This document shows, piece after piece, positions 35,159 to 44,460 of a stretch of DNA of 64,000 nt (the stretch's first letter is position 1; each line of letters starts with the position of its first letter). A model generated the notes under the pieces. That model was not told the DNA's origin. It made no database searches and worked only from the letters and a program-made list of their open reading frames with translations. Where the stretch lies: contig NYVR01000022.1 in NCBI GenBank assembly GCA_002684655.1, positions 30,175 through 94,174 on the forward strand, given 5' to 3'. This stretch comes from Planctomycetota bacterium (GTDB lineage Bacteria; Planctomycetota; UBA1135; UBA2386). The position numbers were made by a program, and so were the translations under genes.

Positions 35159-37000
35159 ATGACCAGGGGCGCGGACTGCGTGGTCGTGGGCGGCGGACCT
35201 GCGGGCCTGACGACTGCATATGAGCTCGGCAAATACGGGAAATCGTCGGTCGTGTTCGAGGGGGGCGACGACGTCGGCGGGCTCTCGAAGACATGTGAAT
35301 ACCGCGGCTACCGCTTCGACATCGGTGGTCACCGGTTCTTCACCAAGGTCGACTACGTGCAAGAGCTGTGGATCGAGATCCTCGGCGACGAGTTCTTGAG
35401 CCGCCCACGGCTGTCGCGCATCTACTACCGCGGCAAGATGTTCGACTATCCGCTCAAGCCGATGAACGCGCTGCTCGGGCTGGGCATCTTCGAGTCTGTG
35501 CGTATCGGACTCAGCTATCTGCGCGCGTCGTTCTTCCCCTCTAAGGAGGAGCGCAACTTTGAGCAGTGGGTTTCCAACCGCTTCGGCAAGCGCCTGTTCG
35601 AGATCTTCTTTAAGACCTACACCGAGAAGGTCTGGGGGATCCCGTGCGATCAGATCAGCGCGGAGTGGGCTGCTCAGCGCATCAAGAACCTCGACCTCAG
35701 GGCTGCGGTGATCAACGCGTTCCTCGGCGCGCGTAAGCGTGGCGGCAAAGAAGTGATCACGACGTTGATTGAGCGCTTCCAGTATCCGCGCTTCGGTCCC
35801 GGCCAGATGTGGCGTGCGTGCGCCGACAAGCTGCGCGCGGCGGGCAATCAGGTCGAGCTCGGCTCGATGGTCACGCGCCTGCGCCACGACGGGCAGCGCG
35901 TGATCGCAGCGACCGTTAAGCGCAAGGACGGCGCAGAAGAGGAGGTCGCGGCGCCGCACTTCGTCTCGACGATGCCGGTGCGCGACTTGCTGCGCGCCCT
36001 CGATCCGCCGCCGCCGCCAGAGGTCATCGCCGCTAACGACCGGCTGCGTTATCGCGACTTCCTCACTGTCGCGGTGATCGTCGACGCAGAGGAGCTGTTC
36101 CCTGATAACTGGATCTACATCCACGCACCGGACGTCAAAGTGGGCCGCATCCAGAACTACAAGAACTGGAGCCCCGACATGGTGCCGGACGCGAGCAAGA
36201 CGGCGCTCGGCCTCGAGTATTTTGTCCAAGAAGGCGACGAGCTCTGGGCGATGTCGGACGAGGACCTCGTCGCGCTCGCGACCGCGGAGTGCGAGCGCCT
36301 CGACCTCGTGCCTAAGGGGTCAGTCGAGGGCGGCAGCGTCATCCGCGAGAAGAAGGCCTACCCTGTCTATGACGACGTCTACAAGGAGGCGCTCGAAGAG
36401 ATCCGGGCGTGGCTCGGCACGCTGGAGAACCTGCAGCTGGTCGGTCGCAACGGTCAGCACCGCTACAACAACCAGGACCACTCGATGATGTCTGGTGTCT
36501 TCGCTGCGCGGAACATCGCCGGCGAGCAGCACGACGTGTGGGCCGTCAACGTCGAGCAGGATTACCACGAGGAGAAGCGAGAGGGCGAGGCGAGCGGCGC
36601 TACCGGCGAGCGCCTCGTGCCAGGTCGCGTCACCGAGCGCGAACTTGAAGACGTGCTCGCCTCGACGTTTGCGCGCTACGACCAGCTCGCGCTTGGCGTC
36701 GCGGTCGGCGTGGTCGTCGGGATCATGCTGTTCCTGGCGACGGTCGTGTTGTTGCTCCGCGGTGGTCCTGGCGTCGGCTACCACCTCTCTATCCTCGGCC
36801 ACTACTTGCCGGGCTATAGCGTCAGCTGGGCCGGCGCGGTCATCGGTTTCTTTGAGGCCGCGGTTGTCGGGTTCCTCCACGGGTGGTTGATCAGCAAATT
36901 GATCAACGTAATCGTCGGCAGAGAAGAGCGACGTCTGCGGACTCGCCTCGCCGCGGCGTCAGCTTCACCGGACTCGATCGCTCGAGGTGACTCCGAATGA
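35159..37000 (+). CDS. NAD(P)/FAD-dependent oxidoreductase fused to a C-terminal two-TM module
   Basis: Dinucleotide-binding motif VVVGGGPAGLTTAYEL...VFEGGDDVGG and FDIGGHRFF. RBS ggaggag lies before the ATG. The C-terminal roughly 100 aa is hydrophobic (LFLATVVLLLRGGPGVGYHLSILGHYLPGYSVSWAGAVIGFF). Confidence 0.8.
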   Translation: MTRGADCVVVGGGPAGLTTAYELGKYGKSSVVFEGGDDVGGLSKTCEYRGYRFDIGGHRFFTKVDYVQELWIEILGDEFLSRPRLSRIYYRGKMFDYPLKPMNALLGLGIFESVRIGLSYLRASFFPSKEERNFEQWVSNRFGKRLFEIFFKTYTEKVWGIPCDQISAEWAAQRIKNLDLRAAVINAFLGARKRGGKEVITTLIERFQYPRFGPGQMWRACADKLRAAGNQVELGSMVTRLRHDGQRVIAATVKRKDGAEEEVAAPHFVSTMPVRDLLRALDPPPPPEVIAANDRLRYRDFLTVAVIVDAEELFPDNWIYIHAPDVKVGRIQNYKNWSPDMVPDASKTALGLEYFVQEGDELWAMSDEDLVALATAECERLDLVPKGSVEGGSVIREKKAYPVYDDVYKEALEEIRAWLGTLENLQLVGRNGQHRYNNQDHSMMSGVFAARNIAGEQHDVWAVNVEQDYHEEKREGEASGATGERLVPGRVTERELEDVLASTFARYDQLALGVAVGVVVGIMLFLATVVLLLRGGPGVGYHLSILGHYLPGYSVSWAGAVIGFFEAAVVGFLHGWLISKLINVIVGREERRLRTRLAAASASPDSIARGDSE

Positions 37001-37305
37001 TGTCTCCTGAAGATCGGGTGATGCTCAGGCGCGCGGTCGCCAGGATGCGATCGCGGATCGTTGCTGTCTCGTGCGCGGTGATCAGCGGCTCTGCCCTGAT
37101 GATTGCAACGATCCTGCACATCGCGCGAGAGCGCGCCCCGTCCACCTTGGACATCGCTTTGCTCGCGAACTACTTGCCTGGCTACAGCGTCAGCTGGCTC
37201 GGGGCGCTGCTTGGTTTGTTCTATGGCGCGCTCCTCGGCGGAGTCTTTGGCGGAGTCTTCGCGTGGTTCTACAACCGGCTCGCGATGCGAGATCCTGCGT
37301 CGTGA
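36997..37305 (+). CDS. Small two-TM membrane protein, paralog of the oxidoreductase C-terminal module
   Basis: ATGA overlap with the upstream stop. LLANYLPGYSVSWLGALLGLFYGALLGG aligns with the two other copies. Confidence 0.65.
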   Translation: MMSPEDRVMLRRAVARMRSRIVAVSCAVISGSALMIATILHIARERAPSTLDIALLANYLPGYSVSWLGALLGLFYGALLGGVFGGVFAWFYNRLAMRDPAS

Positions 37306-37333
37306 GGCGGGCACCCCGGGGTAGAGGTCACCG

Positions 37334-38239
37334 ATGAGTCAGGGGCTCTCCGTCGTGATCCCTACGCATCGCCGTCCAGGCAAGATCGCAGCATGCCTCG
37401 ACGCTCTCGCGGCGTCGGAGTATCCCCACGGCCCGCTGCAAGTCTTGGTCGTCGAGGACGGCGGCCCGACCGATGAGCTCGCAGAGCTGCGCGTGCGATC
37501 TTTTGACGCGCTCGATCTCGTGTGGCTGGATCAGCCGCACGCCGGCCCTGCCGTGGCCCGCAACCTCGGCGCGCGGCACGCGACGCGGGATCTAGTCGCG
37601 TTCACGGATGATGACTGCTGTCCGCGCCCTGACTGGGCCCGTCGCCTCGACGAGCAGCTCAGGTCCGCGCCCGGGACCGTCGTCGGCGGACACACCGTCA
37701 ACAAGGTCGCCGGTAACCTCTGGTCGGGCGCCAGCCAGGCGCTGGTGACGTATATCACCGCGCGCGGTCAACAAACCGACGGCGAGCCGTTCTTCGCGTC
37801 GAACAACTTCGCGCTCGAACGTGAGCTGTTCGTCGAGATGGGCGGCTTTGACGAGATGTTCCCGCTCGCGGGTGGAGAAGATCGGGACATGTGCCGACGC
37901 TTGGTGGAGTCGGGTCACGACCTCGTCTGGGTTCCTACAGCGATCGTCGATCACTACCACCACCTCACGGCGCGTCGTTTCTGGGACCAGCACTTTCGCT
38001 ATGGTCGCGGCGCGTATCAGTATCACTGCGCGCAAGGGCGACGGGCCGATCCGAACGACCCGAACCCGAGCCGCGGCGTCTGGAACATGCGCGCGCGGTT
38101 TTACCTAGACCTCGTGCGGTCTCCGTTCCGTTATCGGGACGCGCCGCAGGCGGTCCGTATCGCTGCGTTGCTGCTGTTCTCCCAGCTCCCCAACGCGCTC
38201 GGGTTCTTCGCTGAGCGTCGGCGCGATCGCAGCGCTTAA
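37334..38239 (+). CDS. Family 2 glycosyltransferase
   Basis: LSVVIPTHRRPGKIAACLDAL...VLVVEDGGP...ARNLGA...VAFTDDDC...GGEDRD, the GT-A/GT2 motif set. Confidence 0.8.
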   Translation: MSQGLSVVIPTHRRPGKIAACLDALAASEYPHGPLQVLVVEDGGPTDELAELRVRSFDALDLVWLDQPHAGPAVARNLGARHATRDLVAFTDDDCCPRPDWARRLDEQLRSAPGTVVGGHTVNKVAGNLWSGASQALVTYITARGQQTDGEPFFASNNFALERELFVEMGGFDEMFPLAGGEDRDMCRRLVESGHDLVWVPTAIVDHYHHLTARRFWDQHFRYGRGAYQYHCAQGRRADPNDPNPSRGVWNMRARFYLDLVRSPFRYRDAPQAVRIAALLLFSQLPNALGFFAERRRDRSA

Positions 38240-38253
38240 GTCCGAAGGCGCCG

Positions 38254-39780
38254 TCAGCGCCGCCTGACGAGCAGGTGACGCAGCGCCGCGCGGTCTCTAG
38301 GGCCGAGGCCGAAGATAAGAGAGAGCGCGAGCCACGCCGTCGCGCAGGCCGCCAGCGCCACCGTCCAACCGAATTCGCCGCCGCCGCCTTCGCGGAAGCG
38401 TCCCGCGATCACGTAGACGAGTCCGCCGCTGATCAACGCGATCAGGCTGTCCTTCGACCAAGGGTGGATGCGGAAAGTCCACCAGACCTGCGCCGCGAGC
38501 GCGATTCGCACCGCGCCTCGCGCCGCCGTCGCCGCGCAAGCCGCGCCGAGGGCGCCGTGTTGGGGGATCAGCAGCAGGCAGAGCACGACGTTGAGGCAGA
38601 GCATCGTGATCACGTTGATCATGTTTTGGCGGATACGGCCCATGGCGATCATCGCTTTTCCGCACGAACCGGTCATCGCGGTTATTACTTGTCCGATCAC
38701 CAAGACACTGAGCACAGGCGCGCCTGCCGCAAAGTCGGGTCCGAACAGCCCGAGGATGTCGCCTCCCCAGATGACCAGCAGCAACGCCGCGCCGATCGCC
38801 GACCATATCGACCAGCGCGCGGTGCGTTTGTAGATCGCGTCGATCTCTTGCATGTCGCGGTCGACGAAGCGCTCGCTGGCGTAGGCGTAGAACAACTGCG
38901 CAGCGTTTTGGTGCACGACGAAGACCACTGGCAGCATCCGCACCGATGCGCCGTAGTAGCCGGCCTGCGCCGGCTCGCTGAGCACGCCCAGCAGCAGGAT
39001 GTTGACGCTGGACAACGCAAACGCGACGAGGCCTGTGCCCAACAACGGCCAACAGGTTTGCAGCAGGTCGCGTACGGGCCATGCGGATGAGGGGGCATGC
39101 GCCTGCAGCGCGCCTGGCACACGGGCGCGCACGTATCCCAAGCTGCAGAGAAGTCCGGTTGTTGGGCCGAGCAGCGTCGCGACGAGGACGCCGGTCACGC
39201 CGAGGTCGAGCTGCCACGTGACGATCAGCCCCGCGAGCGTCGCAGATACGGTAACGACCTTTTCGATAATGGCTTGTGCACGCAAGGCCTTGAATCCTTG
39301 CGCGATCGCCAAGGAGGCGAGCATCACTGCCGCGAAGGCGACCGTCGGCGCGAGCCAGCGCAGCATCGGCGCGATCGCCGGGTCTCTGAAGGCCGCGCGC
39401 GCCAGCCATGGCGCGAGGACGAACAGGGCAAGGGCTAAGAGCCCTGACGCAGCGACCGTGATCGCCCAAGTCGAGCGCACGATCGCGCGCATGCCGGGCT
39501 CGTCGGCGTTGAGCCGCGCGCGGGCGACGAAGGGGACGACGCCCGGCGAGAGCCCCAGCGTCCCAGCCATGCTGAGCAGCTGCGTGATTGTCTGCGCCTG
39601 TACATAGCTACCGAACAGCCTGATCCCGAGCGCCTGTGTCGTCAGCAACGCGGCGATGTAGCGCAGCGCCATGCCGATCATGCTCGCGAGCACCGAGACG
39701 CTGACTTGGCGACCGGCGTTGTCCACCTCGGGGTTCGAGTTTCCGCTGGTCTGAGTTTTGTCGATCGCCATCGAAGTCAT
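38254..39780 (-). CDS. Oligo/polysaccharide flippase (MOP superfamily, Wzx-like)
   Basis: 508 aa with about 12-14 TM segments in a typical polysaccharide-biosynthesis-protein layout (LRYIAALLTTQALGIRLFGSY...). Confidence 0.8.
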   Translation of the reverse strand: MTSMAIDKTQTSGNSNPEVDNAGRQVSVSVLASMIGMALRYIAALLTTQALGIRLFGSYVQAQTITQLLSMAGTLGLSPGVVPFVARARLNADEPGMRAIVRSTWAITVAASGLLALALFVLAPWLARAAFRDPAIAPMLRWLAPTVAFAAVMLASLAIAQGFKALRAQAIIEKVVTVSATLAGLIVTWQLDLGVTGVLVATLLGPTTGLLCSLGYVRARVPGALQAHAPSSAWPVRDLLQTCWPLLGTGLVAFALSSVNILLLGVLSEPAQAGYYGASVRMLPVVFVVHQNAAQLFYAYASERFVDRDMQEIDAIYKRTARWSIWSAIGAALLLVIWGGDILGLFGPDFAAGAPVLSVLVIGQVITAMTGSCGKAMIAMGRIRQNMINVITMLCLNVVLCLLLIPQHGALGAACAATAARGAVRIALAAQVWWTFRIHPWSKDSLIALISGGLVYVIAGRFREGGGGEFGWTVALAACATAWLALSLIFGLGPRDRAALRHLLVRRR

Positions 39781-39793
39781 CGGACCTTATACG

Positions 39794-41092
39794 ATGGCGC
39801 CCTCTCCGGCGATCGATGCTCGCCCAGGGGTCATCATGAACAGCGACAGGCAAGACGACACGACGCTGCTGGCGCGGATCACCGGCCGCCGCGCGCTCGA
39901 CGCCGCCGCCTGCGCGCTAGCCGCCGTCGCCTTGGTCTGGATGGGCTATCAGTTTTGGAGGCTGGTGTTCCAACGGGGTGTGAGCCGGGCCGTCGACCTG
40001 CACCTGCGTCACGGAGAATGCCAAGAGTGGTTCGAGGGGGTGTCGATCTACGCGACGCGCGTCGACGCGGTCTACCCTCCGGCGACCTATGTGATGCTCT
40101 GGCCGCTGCTCGGATGGTTGGAATGGCCGGCGGTGCGGGTGTTCTGGTGCTTGGTGACGTTGTTGTCGATTGTCTGGATGTGCAGGCTCGCCGTCACCTA
40201 TGGCGAGGTCACCGAGCCACGCCGTCGGCGCCTGCTCTGGCTCATGCCGCTGGCGTGCTATCCTGTGGGCGCCACGGTCGGAAACGGTCAGATCTCGATC
40301 CTCGTCGTAGCTTGCTTGTTCGCTGGTCTGATGCTGTTAGGCCGCGAACGTCCCTCCTGGCGGCGTGACCTGACGATCGCTGTCTTGATGTTGGGCGCGC
40401 TCATGAAGCCGTCGGTCTCGGCGTTCTTCTTTTGGATCCTAATGTTCGCCCCTGGCGGGATGCGCGCGGCTTGCCTCGTAGGCACCGGCTACGTCGCGCT
40501 CACCTACGCCGCGTCGCTCGCGCAGGACAGCGGTCCGATTGAGCTGATGGATGCGTGGCTGGAGCGCGCGCGCGCGGGGATGTTATGGGGCTCGTCTCGG
40601 GGTGGCGGCGCGATCGTGAACGGCACAGCTGGCGTACAGATCACGGGAATCAACCTCGCCAGCATTTTGAGCGCGGTGGGTTCGCAGGCGTTGATCTTGC
40701 CCGTCACCGTCGCGGCGTTGGCGCTGCTGGGCGCGTGGATCTTATGGCGTCGTCGAGCCCGTCTCCTGAGTCTCCTCGGGGTCACCGCGATCGTCGCGCG
40801 CTTCAGCGTCTATCACGGCTGGTACGACGACGTGCTGATGTTGATCCCGCTGGTTGCACTGATCGCGTGGGCGCGCGGCGGAGCGAGCGCTCGGAGTCGC
40901 GCGATGGCCGGCTGGCTGTCGCTCGGATTCGGACTCTCCCTGCTGGCGCCGGGCGGGATCTATTCGTTGCCGAGAGCGCTCGCCAACGCATACGCGATCG
41001 GCCAGAGCGTGTGCTGGTTGGCGGGCTTGGTCTTCCTGGCGTGGACGGCGCGAAGTCCCGTCCGCGATCGGCGCGTTATTGCTTCTGAATGA
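39794..41092 (+). CDS. Integral-membrane GT-C type glycosyltransferase (DUF2029/GT87-like)
   Basis: Multi-pass membrane protein with VDAVYPPATYVMLWPLLGWL, the GT87-like YPP motif region. The start could be 39794 or 39836. It lies only 13 nt from the divergent flippase start. Confidence 0.55.
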   Translation: MAPSPAIDARPGVIMNSDRQDDTTLLARITGRRALDAAACALAAVALVWMGYQFWRLVFQRGVSRAVDLHLRHGECQEWFEGVSIYATRVDAVYPPATYVMLWPLLGWLEWPAVRVFWCLVTLLSIVWMCRLAVTYGEVTEPRRRRLLWLMPLACYPVGATVGNGQISILVVACLFAGLMLLGRERPSWRRDLTIAVLMLGALMKPSVSAFFFWILMFAPGGMRAACLVGTGYVALTYAASLAQDSGPIELMDAWLERARAGMLWGSSRGGGAIVNGTAGVQITGINLASILSAVGSQALILPVTVAALALLGAWILWRRRARLLSLLGVTAIVARFSVYHGWYDDVLMLIPLVALIAWARGGASARSRAMAGWLSLGFGLSLLAPGGIYSLPRALANAYAIGQSVCWLAGLVFLAWTARSPVRDRRVIASE

Positions 41093-41119
41093 CGTCTCGC
41101 CTACGACCGTCAATCGACG

Positions 41120-41419
41120 ATGACTGCTGAACCGAACGGATCCGGCAAGGTTGTCCAGCTCAGGCCTGGCGCGCTGGCGGTCGTCTTCGCTGCCTTGGGA
41201 GCGACCGCGCTCTTTTTGGCTACGAGCATCTTGCTGATCCGAGGCGGGCAGGACGTCGGCAAGCACCTTCAGCTGCTCCGCTACTACCTGCCTGGGTATA
41301 CGGTCAGTTGGCCCGGCGCCCTATTGGGCTTCGTCTACGGCGCGGCGTTCGGCGCCGTAACGGGTGCGGCGATCGCGAAGATCTCGAACGCCGTAACCAG
41401 GCTGCGGACCTCCCAGTGA
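41120..41419 (+). CDS. Small two-TM membrane protein, third copy of the YLPGY(S/T)VSW module
   Basis: LFLATSILLIRGGQDVGKHLQLLRYYLPGYTVSWPGALLGFVYGAAFG aligns along its whole length with the C-terminus of 35159..37000. Confidence 0.65.
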   Translation: MTAEPNGSGKVVQLRPGALAVVFAALGATALFLATSILLIRGGQDVGKHLQLLRYYLPGYTVSWPGALLGFVYGAAFGAVTGAAIAKISNAVTRLRTSQ

Positions 41420-42405
41420 GCGTGACCGTCAGCGCGGTCGTCCCGGTGCTCGACGGCAAGCACCAGCTTGAGCGCAGCCTCCCGCCGCTGATGGCCGCGA
41501 AGGACTCGGGCCAGCTCCTTGAGGTCTTGGTCGCGGACGACGGGTCGACTGACGGGTCAGGGGACTACGCGCGGTCTGTCGGCGCCCGCGTCGTCACGAC
41601 ATCCCGCCGCGCAAGCGGCCCGTCTCGCGCCCGCAACCTCGCGGCAGAGCAGGCCCGTGGAGATGTGCTCTTGTTTGTAGACGCGGACGTAGTGGTCGAC
41701 GAAGCTGCGGTCGCCGGCGTGCTCGCGACCTTCGCAGACGCCGACGTGGCGTCGGTCTACGGCTCATACGACGACGAGCCGGCGCACCGCGGCTACGCCA
41801 GCCTCTACATGAACCTCCGCCACCACTTCGGCCACCGGGAGTTCAGCGATGACGTCGACACGTTTTGGGCGGGGCTCGGCGCGATCCGTCGTGACGCGTT
41901 TCTCGCGGTCGGCGGATACGACGCGGACGCGTTCCCCTACCCGAGCGTAGAAGACATCGACCTCGGTCGGCGGCTTCGAGGGGCGGGCGCGCGCATCCGG
42001 CGTGACCCAACGATTCGTGGCAAGCACCTCAAGCGGTGGACTTGGTGGCAGGTCGTGCACACCGACGTGATGCGCCGCGCGGCGCCGTGGAGCCTGCTGA
42101 TGCGTCGTTTTCCGGGAGCGTTCCGTGACCTCAACGTCTCGAGCGCCGAGAAGCTCAAGGCGGCGCTCGCGCTGGCCTTCATCATGTGCGGCCTGTTCGC
42201 CGTTTTCGTGCAGGTCGCGGCGTGGGCTTGGCTGCTGCTGTTGTTGGCGGTCGGCTTCGCGAATAAGAAGCTGTTCGGAGTGTTCGTACGAGGGGCGGGT
42301 CTGCCGTTCGCGATCTTCGGCCTGCTGTTCCACCAGCTCCACCTTTGCTACAGCGCAGCGACTTTCGTCACCTGTCGGTTGCTGCCGATGCCAAAGCGAG
42401 ACTGA
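41416..42405 (+). CDS. Family 2 glycosyltransferase with C-terminal TM segments
   Basis: GTG at 41416 overlaps the upstream TGA (GTGA). VSAVVPVLDGKHQLERSL...VLVADDGSTDGS...ARNLAA...LLFVDADV...VEDIDLG. The C-terminus has hydrophobic helices. Confidence 0.8.
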   Translation: MSVTVSAVVPVLDGKHQLERSLPPLMAAKDSGQLLEVLVADDGSTDGSGDYARSVGARVVTTSRRASGPSRARNLAAEQARGDVLLFVDADVVVDEAAVAGVLATFADADVASVYGSYDDEPAHRGYASLYMNLRHHFGHREFSDDVDTFWAGLGAIRRDAFLAVGGYDADAFPYPSVEDIDLGRRLRGAGARIRRDPTIRGKHLKRWTWWQVVHTDVMRRAAPWSLLMRRFPGAFRDLNVSSAEKLKAALALAFIMCGLFAVFVQVAAWAWLLLLLAVGFANKKLFGVFVRGAGLPFAIFGLLFHQLHLCYSAATFVTCRLLPMPKRD

Positions 42406-42440
42406 GCGCCGCTCTTCGCTCCCCCACCTTTTTTGCGACG

Positions 42441-44348
42441 TCAGCGCCGGGGTAGCTGCGCCCGCAGCTTCTCGATCTGGAAGCGCACCTTCTGGTTGTT
42501 CTGGACCTGAGGCAGACCGATCGCTTGTGAATACACCGCGTAAGCCCTGTCGGTCATGCCAACCGCGGTCAGCACCCTGCCGAAGTTCACCAGCGGCTTC
42601 ACCTTGCGGCCGCCAGAAACCTGGACGAGCAGCTGGGCCAGCCGAACGCCGAGGGTTTGTTCTTCCTGCGAGCTCTTGTTGTTCGCGCTGCTCAGCGCGA
42701 GCGCCGCAATCTTAGGCTCGCGCGACGGATCCAGTCGAAGCACGGTTCCGACCAACTCCATGGCCTCCTGCATCTGTCCGAACCCAGCGCATACGATCGC
42801 AAACTCCTCGTGGAACGGCACCTTTTTCGGCCGAAGCTTCACCGACTTCCGGTAGCCCTTGAGACACCGCTCCAGGTAGGCCTTCTCAGAGGGGTTGGCC
42901 TTGTAGAGCTTGCGGCAGACCCTGCCGATCTGCTGGTGGATCCTCGGATCGCGCCGCCGCAGCTTCAAGCACGCCTCGCACAACTCCAGCGCGCGCTCTT
43001 CTTCGCCGGCTGTGTAGAGCACCTCGGCGAGCGTCCACTGGGTCATGTAGTTCTTCTTGATCTCGCAAGCTCGCTGCGCGTGATGCAGCGCGCGGTCGAT
43101 CTCCCCGGCTCTCAGGAGCGGCGTCGCCAGGCAGTAGTGGGCCCGCTCGTTCTCCGGCTGCGCCGCGATCGAAGACTCCCAGATAGACACCACGGACCGG
43201 TAGTCGTAGTTCCGCAGCACGGTCAAGCCGCCGTAGACGACCAGCGCGCCGCACAGCGCCTTGCCCGGCGCGATGTTCCAGCGCGCGCAGAGCATCCTGC
43301 CGCCAGCGACGCCGAAGGCGATCACTGGGATCAGCGACAAGTACATTCGGTATTCGCACATCAGATCGTTGATCACGATGACGCTCGACGTCGGCGCGAG
43401 GATCAGGAAGAACCACGCGCCGCCAACGCCCTGCCAGGATCGCCGCATCAGCTGCCGGACCGTGAACGCCATCATCCCGCTGACCAGCAGCGCGGCGGGC
43501 AGGATCGCTAGCAGGCTCGTCGACGCGCGCCGCCCGTAGTCGAAGCAGAGCGGATAGGGCGCCAAGGCGAGCCGGAGGTAGTCGACCAGGACCGCAGGCT
43601 GGTTGCTGGCGTATTCCCACACGCTGAAGCCCCCGCGGTTCGTCGACGTGTTGGGCAGCACCACGGTGACGCCCAGCGCAACCACGACCGCGAACAGCGC
43701 GTAGAGCGGCCAACGCGCGCGGAGCGCGCCGCGGAGGCTGCCGCTGATCAGCACCCAGTCGTAGATGAGCAAGACGGGGATCACCGCGACCATCGTCTCC
43801 TTGGACCCGAACCCTAGCAGGCAGCAGAGGATCGAGAGCGATGTCCAAAGCGCGCGCCGGTCGCCCTCGTCGGCGCGCAGCGTCGCGTAGATCGCCCCGA
43901 GGAAGAACATGCCCATCTGCGACTCGCAGCGCTGCCAGACGTAGGTGACCGCGCTGGTGTTGAGCGGGTGCACGACCCACAGCGCCGCGACCGCGAAGGC
44001 GACGCCGCGGGCCGTCTCGGGCGTCATCGCAGCGCACCGCGGCAACATCAGCGTCCGGCGCACGACGCCGTAGAGGAGCAGCGCCGCGGTCGTATGGATG
44101 AGGATGTTGACTAGGCGGAAGACGGCGGGTTCGGCGCCGGCGATGGCGTAGTTCAGCGACAGCGAGAACATCATCACGGGCCGGTTGCGGTAGTCGTCGA
44201 ACGACCACAAGTCTCCGACGCCCGAGGACGGGTTGGTGATGAAGACGTTGTCATCCAGCAGGAAAGGCGCCTGGATGCCGATGGCGTAGACGCCCCAGGC
44301 CAACGCCACCAGAATGACGCCGTGCAGGCGGCTGCTCATGCGCCCCAC
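42441..44348 (-). CDS. TMTC/PMT-like GT-C membrane glycosyltransferase with C-terminal TPR repeats
   Basis: The N-terminus has about 10 TM segments with FLLDDNVFITNP near the start, which is TMTC/DUF1736-like. The C-terminal roughly 230 aa has TPR-like repeats (HYCLATPLLRAGEIDRAL..., ALELCEACLKL...). Confidence 0.7.
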   Translation of the reverse strand: MGRMSSRLHGVILVALAWGVYAIGIQAPFLLDDNVFITNPSSGVGDLWSFDDYRNRPVMMFSLSLNYAIAGAEPAVFRLVNILIHTTAALLLYGVVRRTLMLPRCAAMTPETARGVAFAVAALWVVHPLNTSAVTYVWQRCESQMGMFFLGAIYATLRADEGDRRALWTSLSILCCLLGFGSKETMVAVIPVLLIYDWVLISGSLRGALRARWPLYALFAVVVALGVTVVLPNTSTNRGGFSVWEYASNQPAVLVDYLRLALAPYPLCFDYGRRASTSLLAILPAALLVSGMMAFTVRQLMRRSWQGVGGAWFFLILAPTSSVIVINDLMCEYRMYLSLIPVIAFGVAGGRMLCARWNIAPGKALCGALVVYGGLTVLRNYDYRSVVSIWESSIAAQPENERAHYCLATPLLRAGEIDRALHHAQRACEIKKNYMTQWTLAEVLYTAGEEERALELCEACLKLRRRDPRIHQQIGRVCRKLYKANPSEKAYLERCLKGYRKSVKLRPKKVPFHEEFAIVCAGFGQMQEAMELVGTVLRLDPSREPKIAALALSSANNKSSQEEQTLGVRLAQLLVQVSGGRKVKPLVNFGRVLTAVGMTDRAYAVYSQAIGLPQVQNNQKVRFQIEKLRAQLPRR

Positions 44349-44460
44349 CGCCCAGCGTGGTTCGCCGACGGCTTGATACGATCGTCTAGTGCGGTTCGCG
44401 GCATACCGGAAGTCTCACCGCGCAGGAGGTTCTGGGCAACGATGTGGTCGCGCCGCGCGT

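Noticed and set aside
35120-36229. Long minus-strand ORF (369 aa) antisense to the FAD oxidoreductase. Similar long ORFs are 42886..44208 (-), 38297..39469 (-), 33350..34402 (-), 58792..59826 (-), 26265..27038 (-), 1306..2262 (-) and 19763..20278 (-).
   Set aside because: Their translations are Arg/Pro/Ala/Gly-rich low-complexity strings, typical of antisense or out-of-frame reading in high-GC DNA. Each is completely overlapped by an ORF with clear domain motifs.
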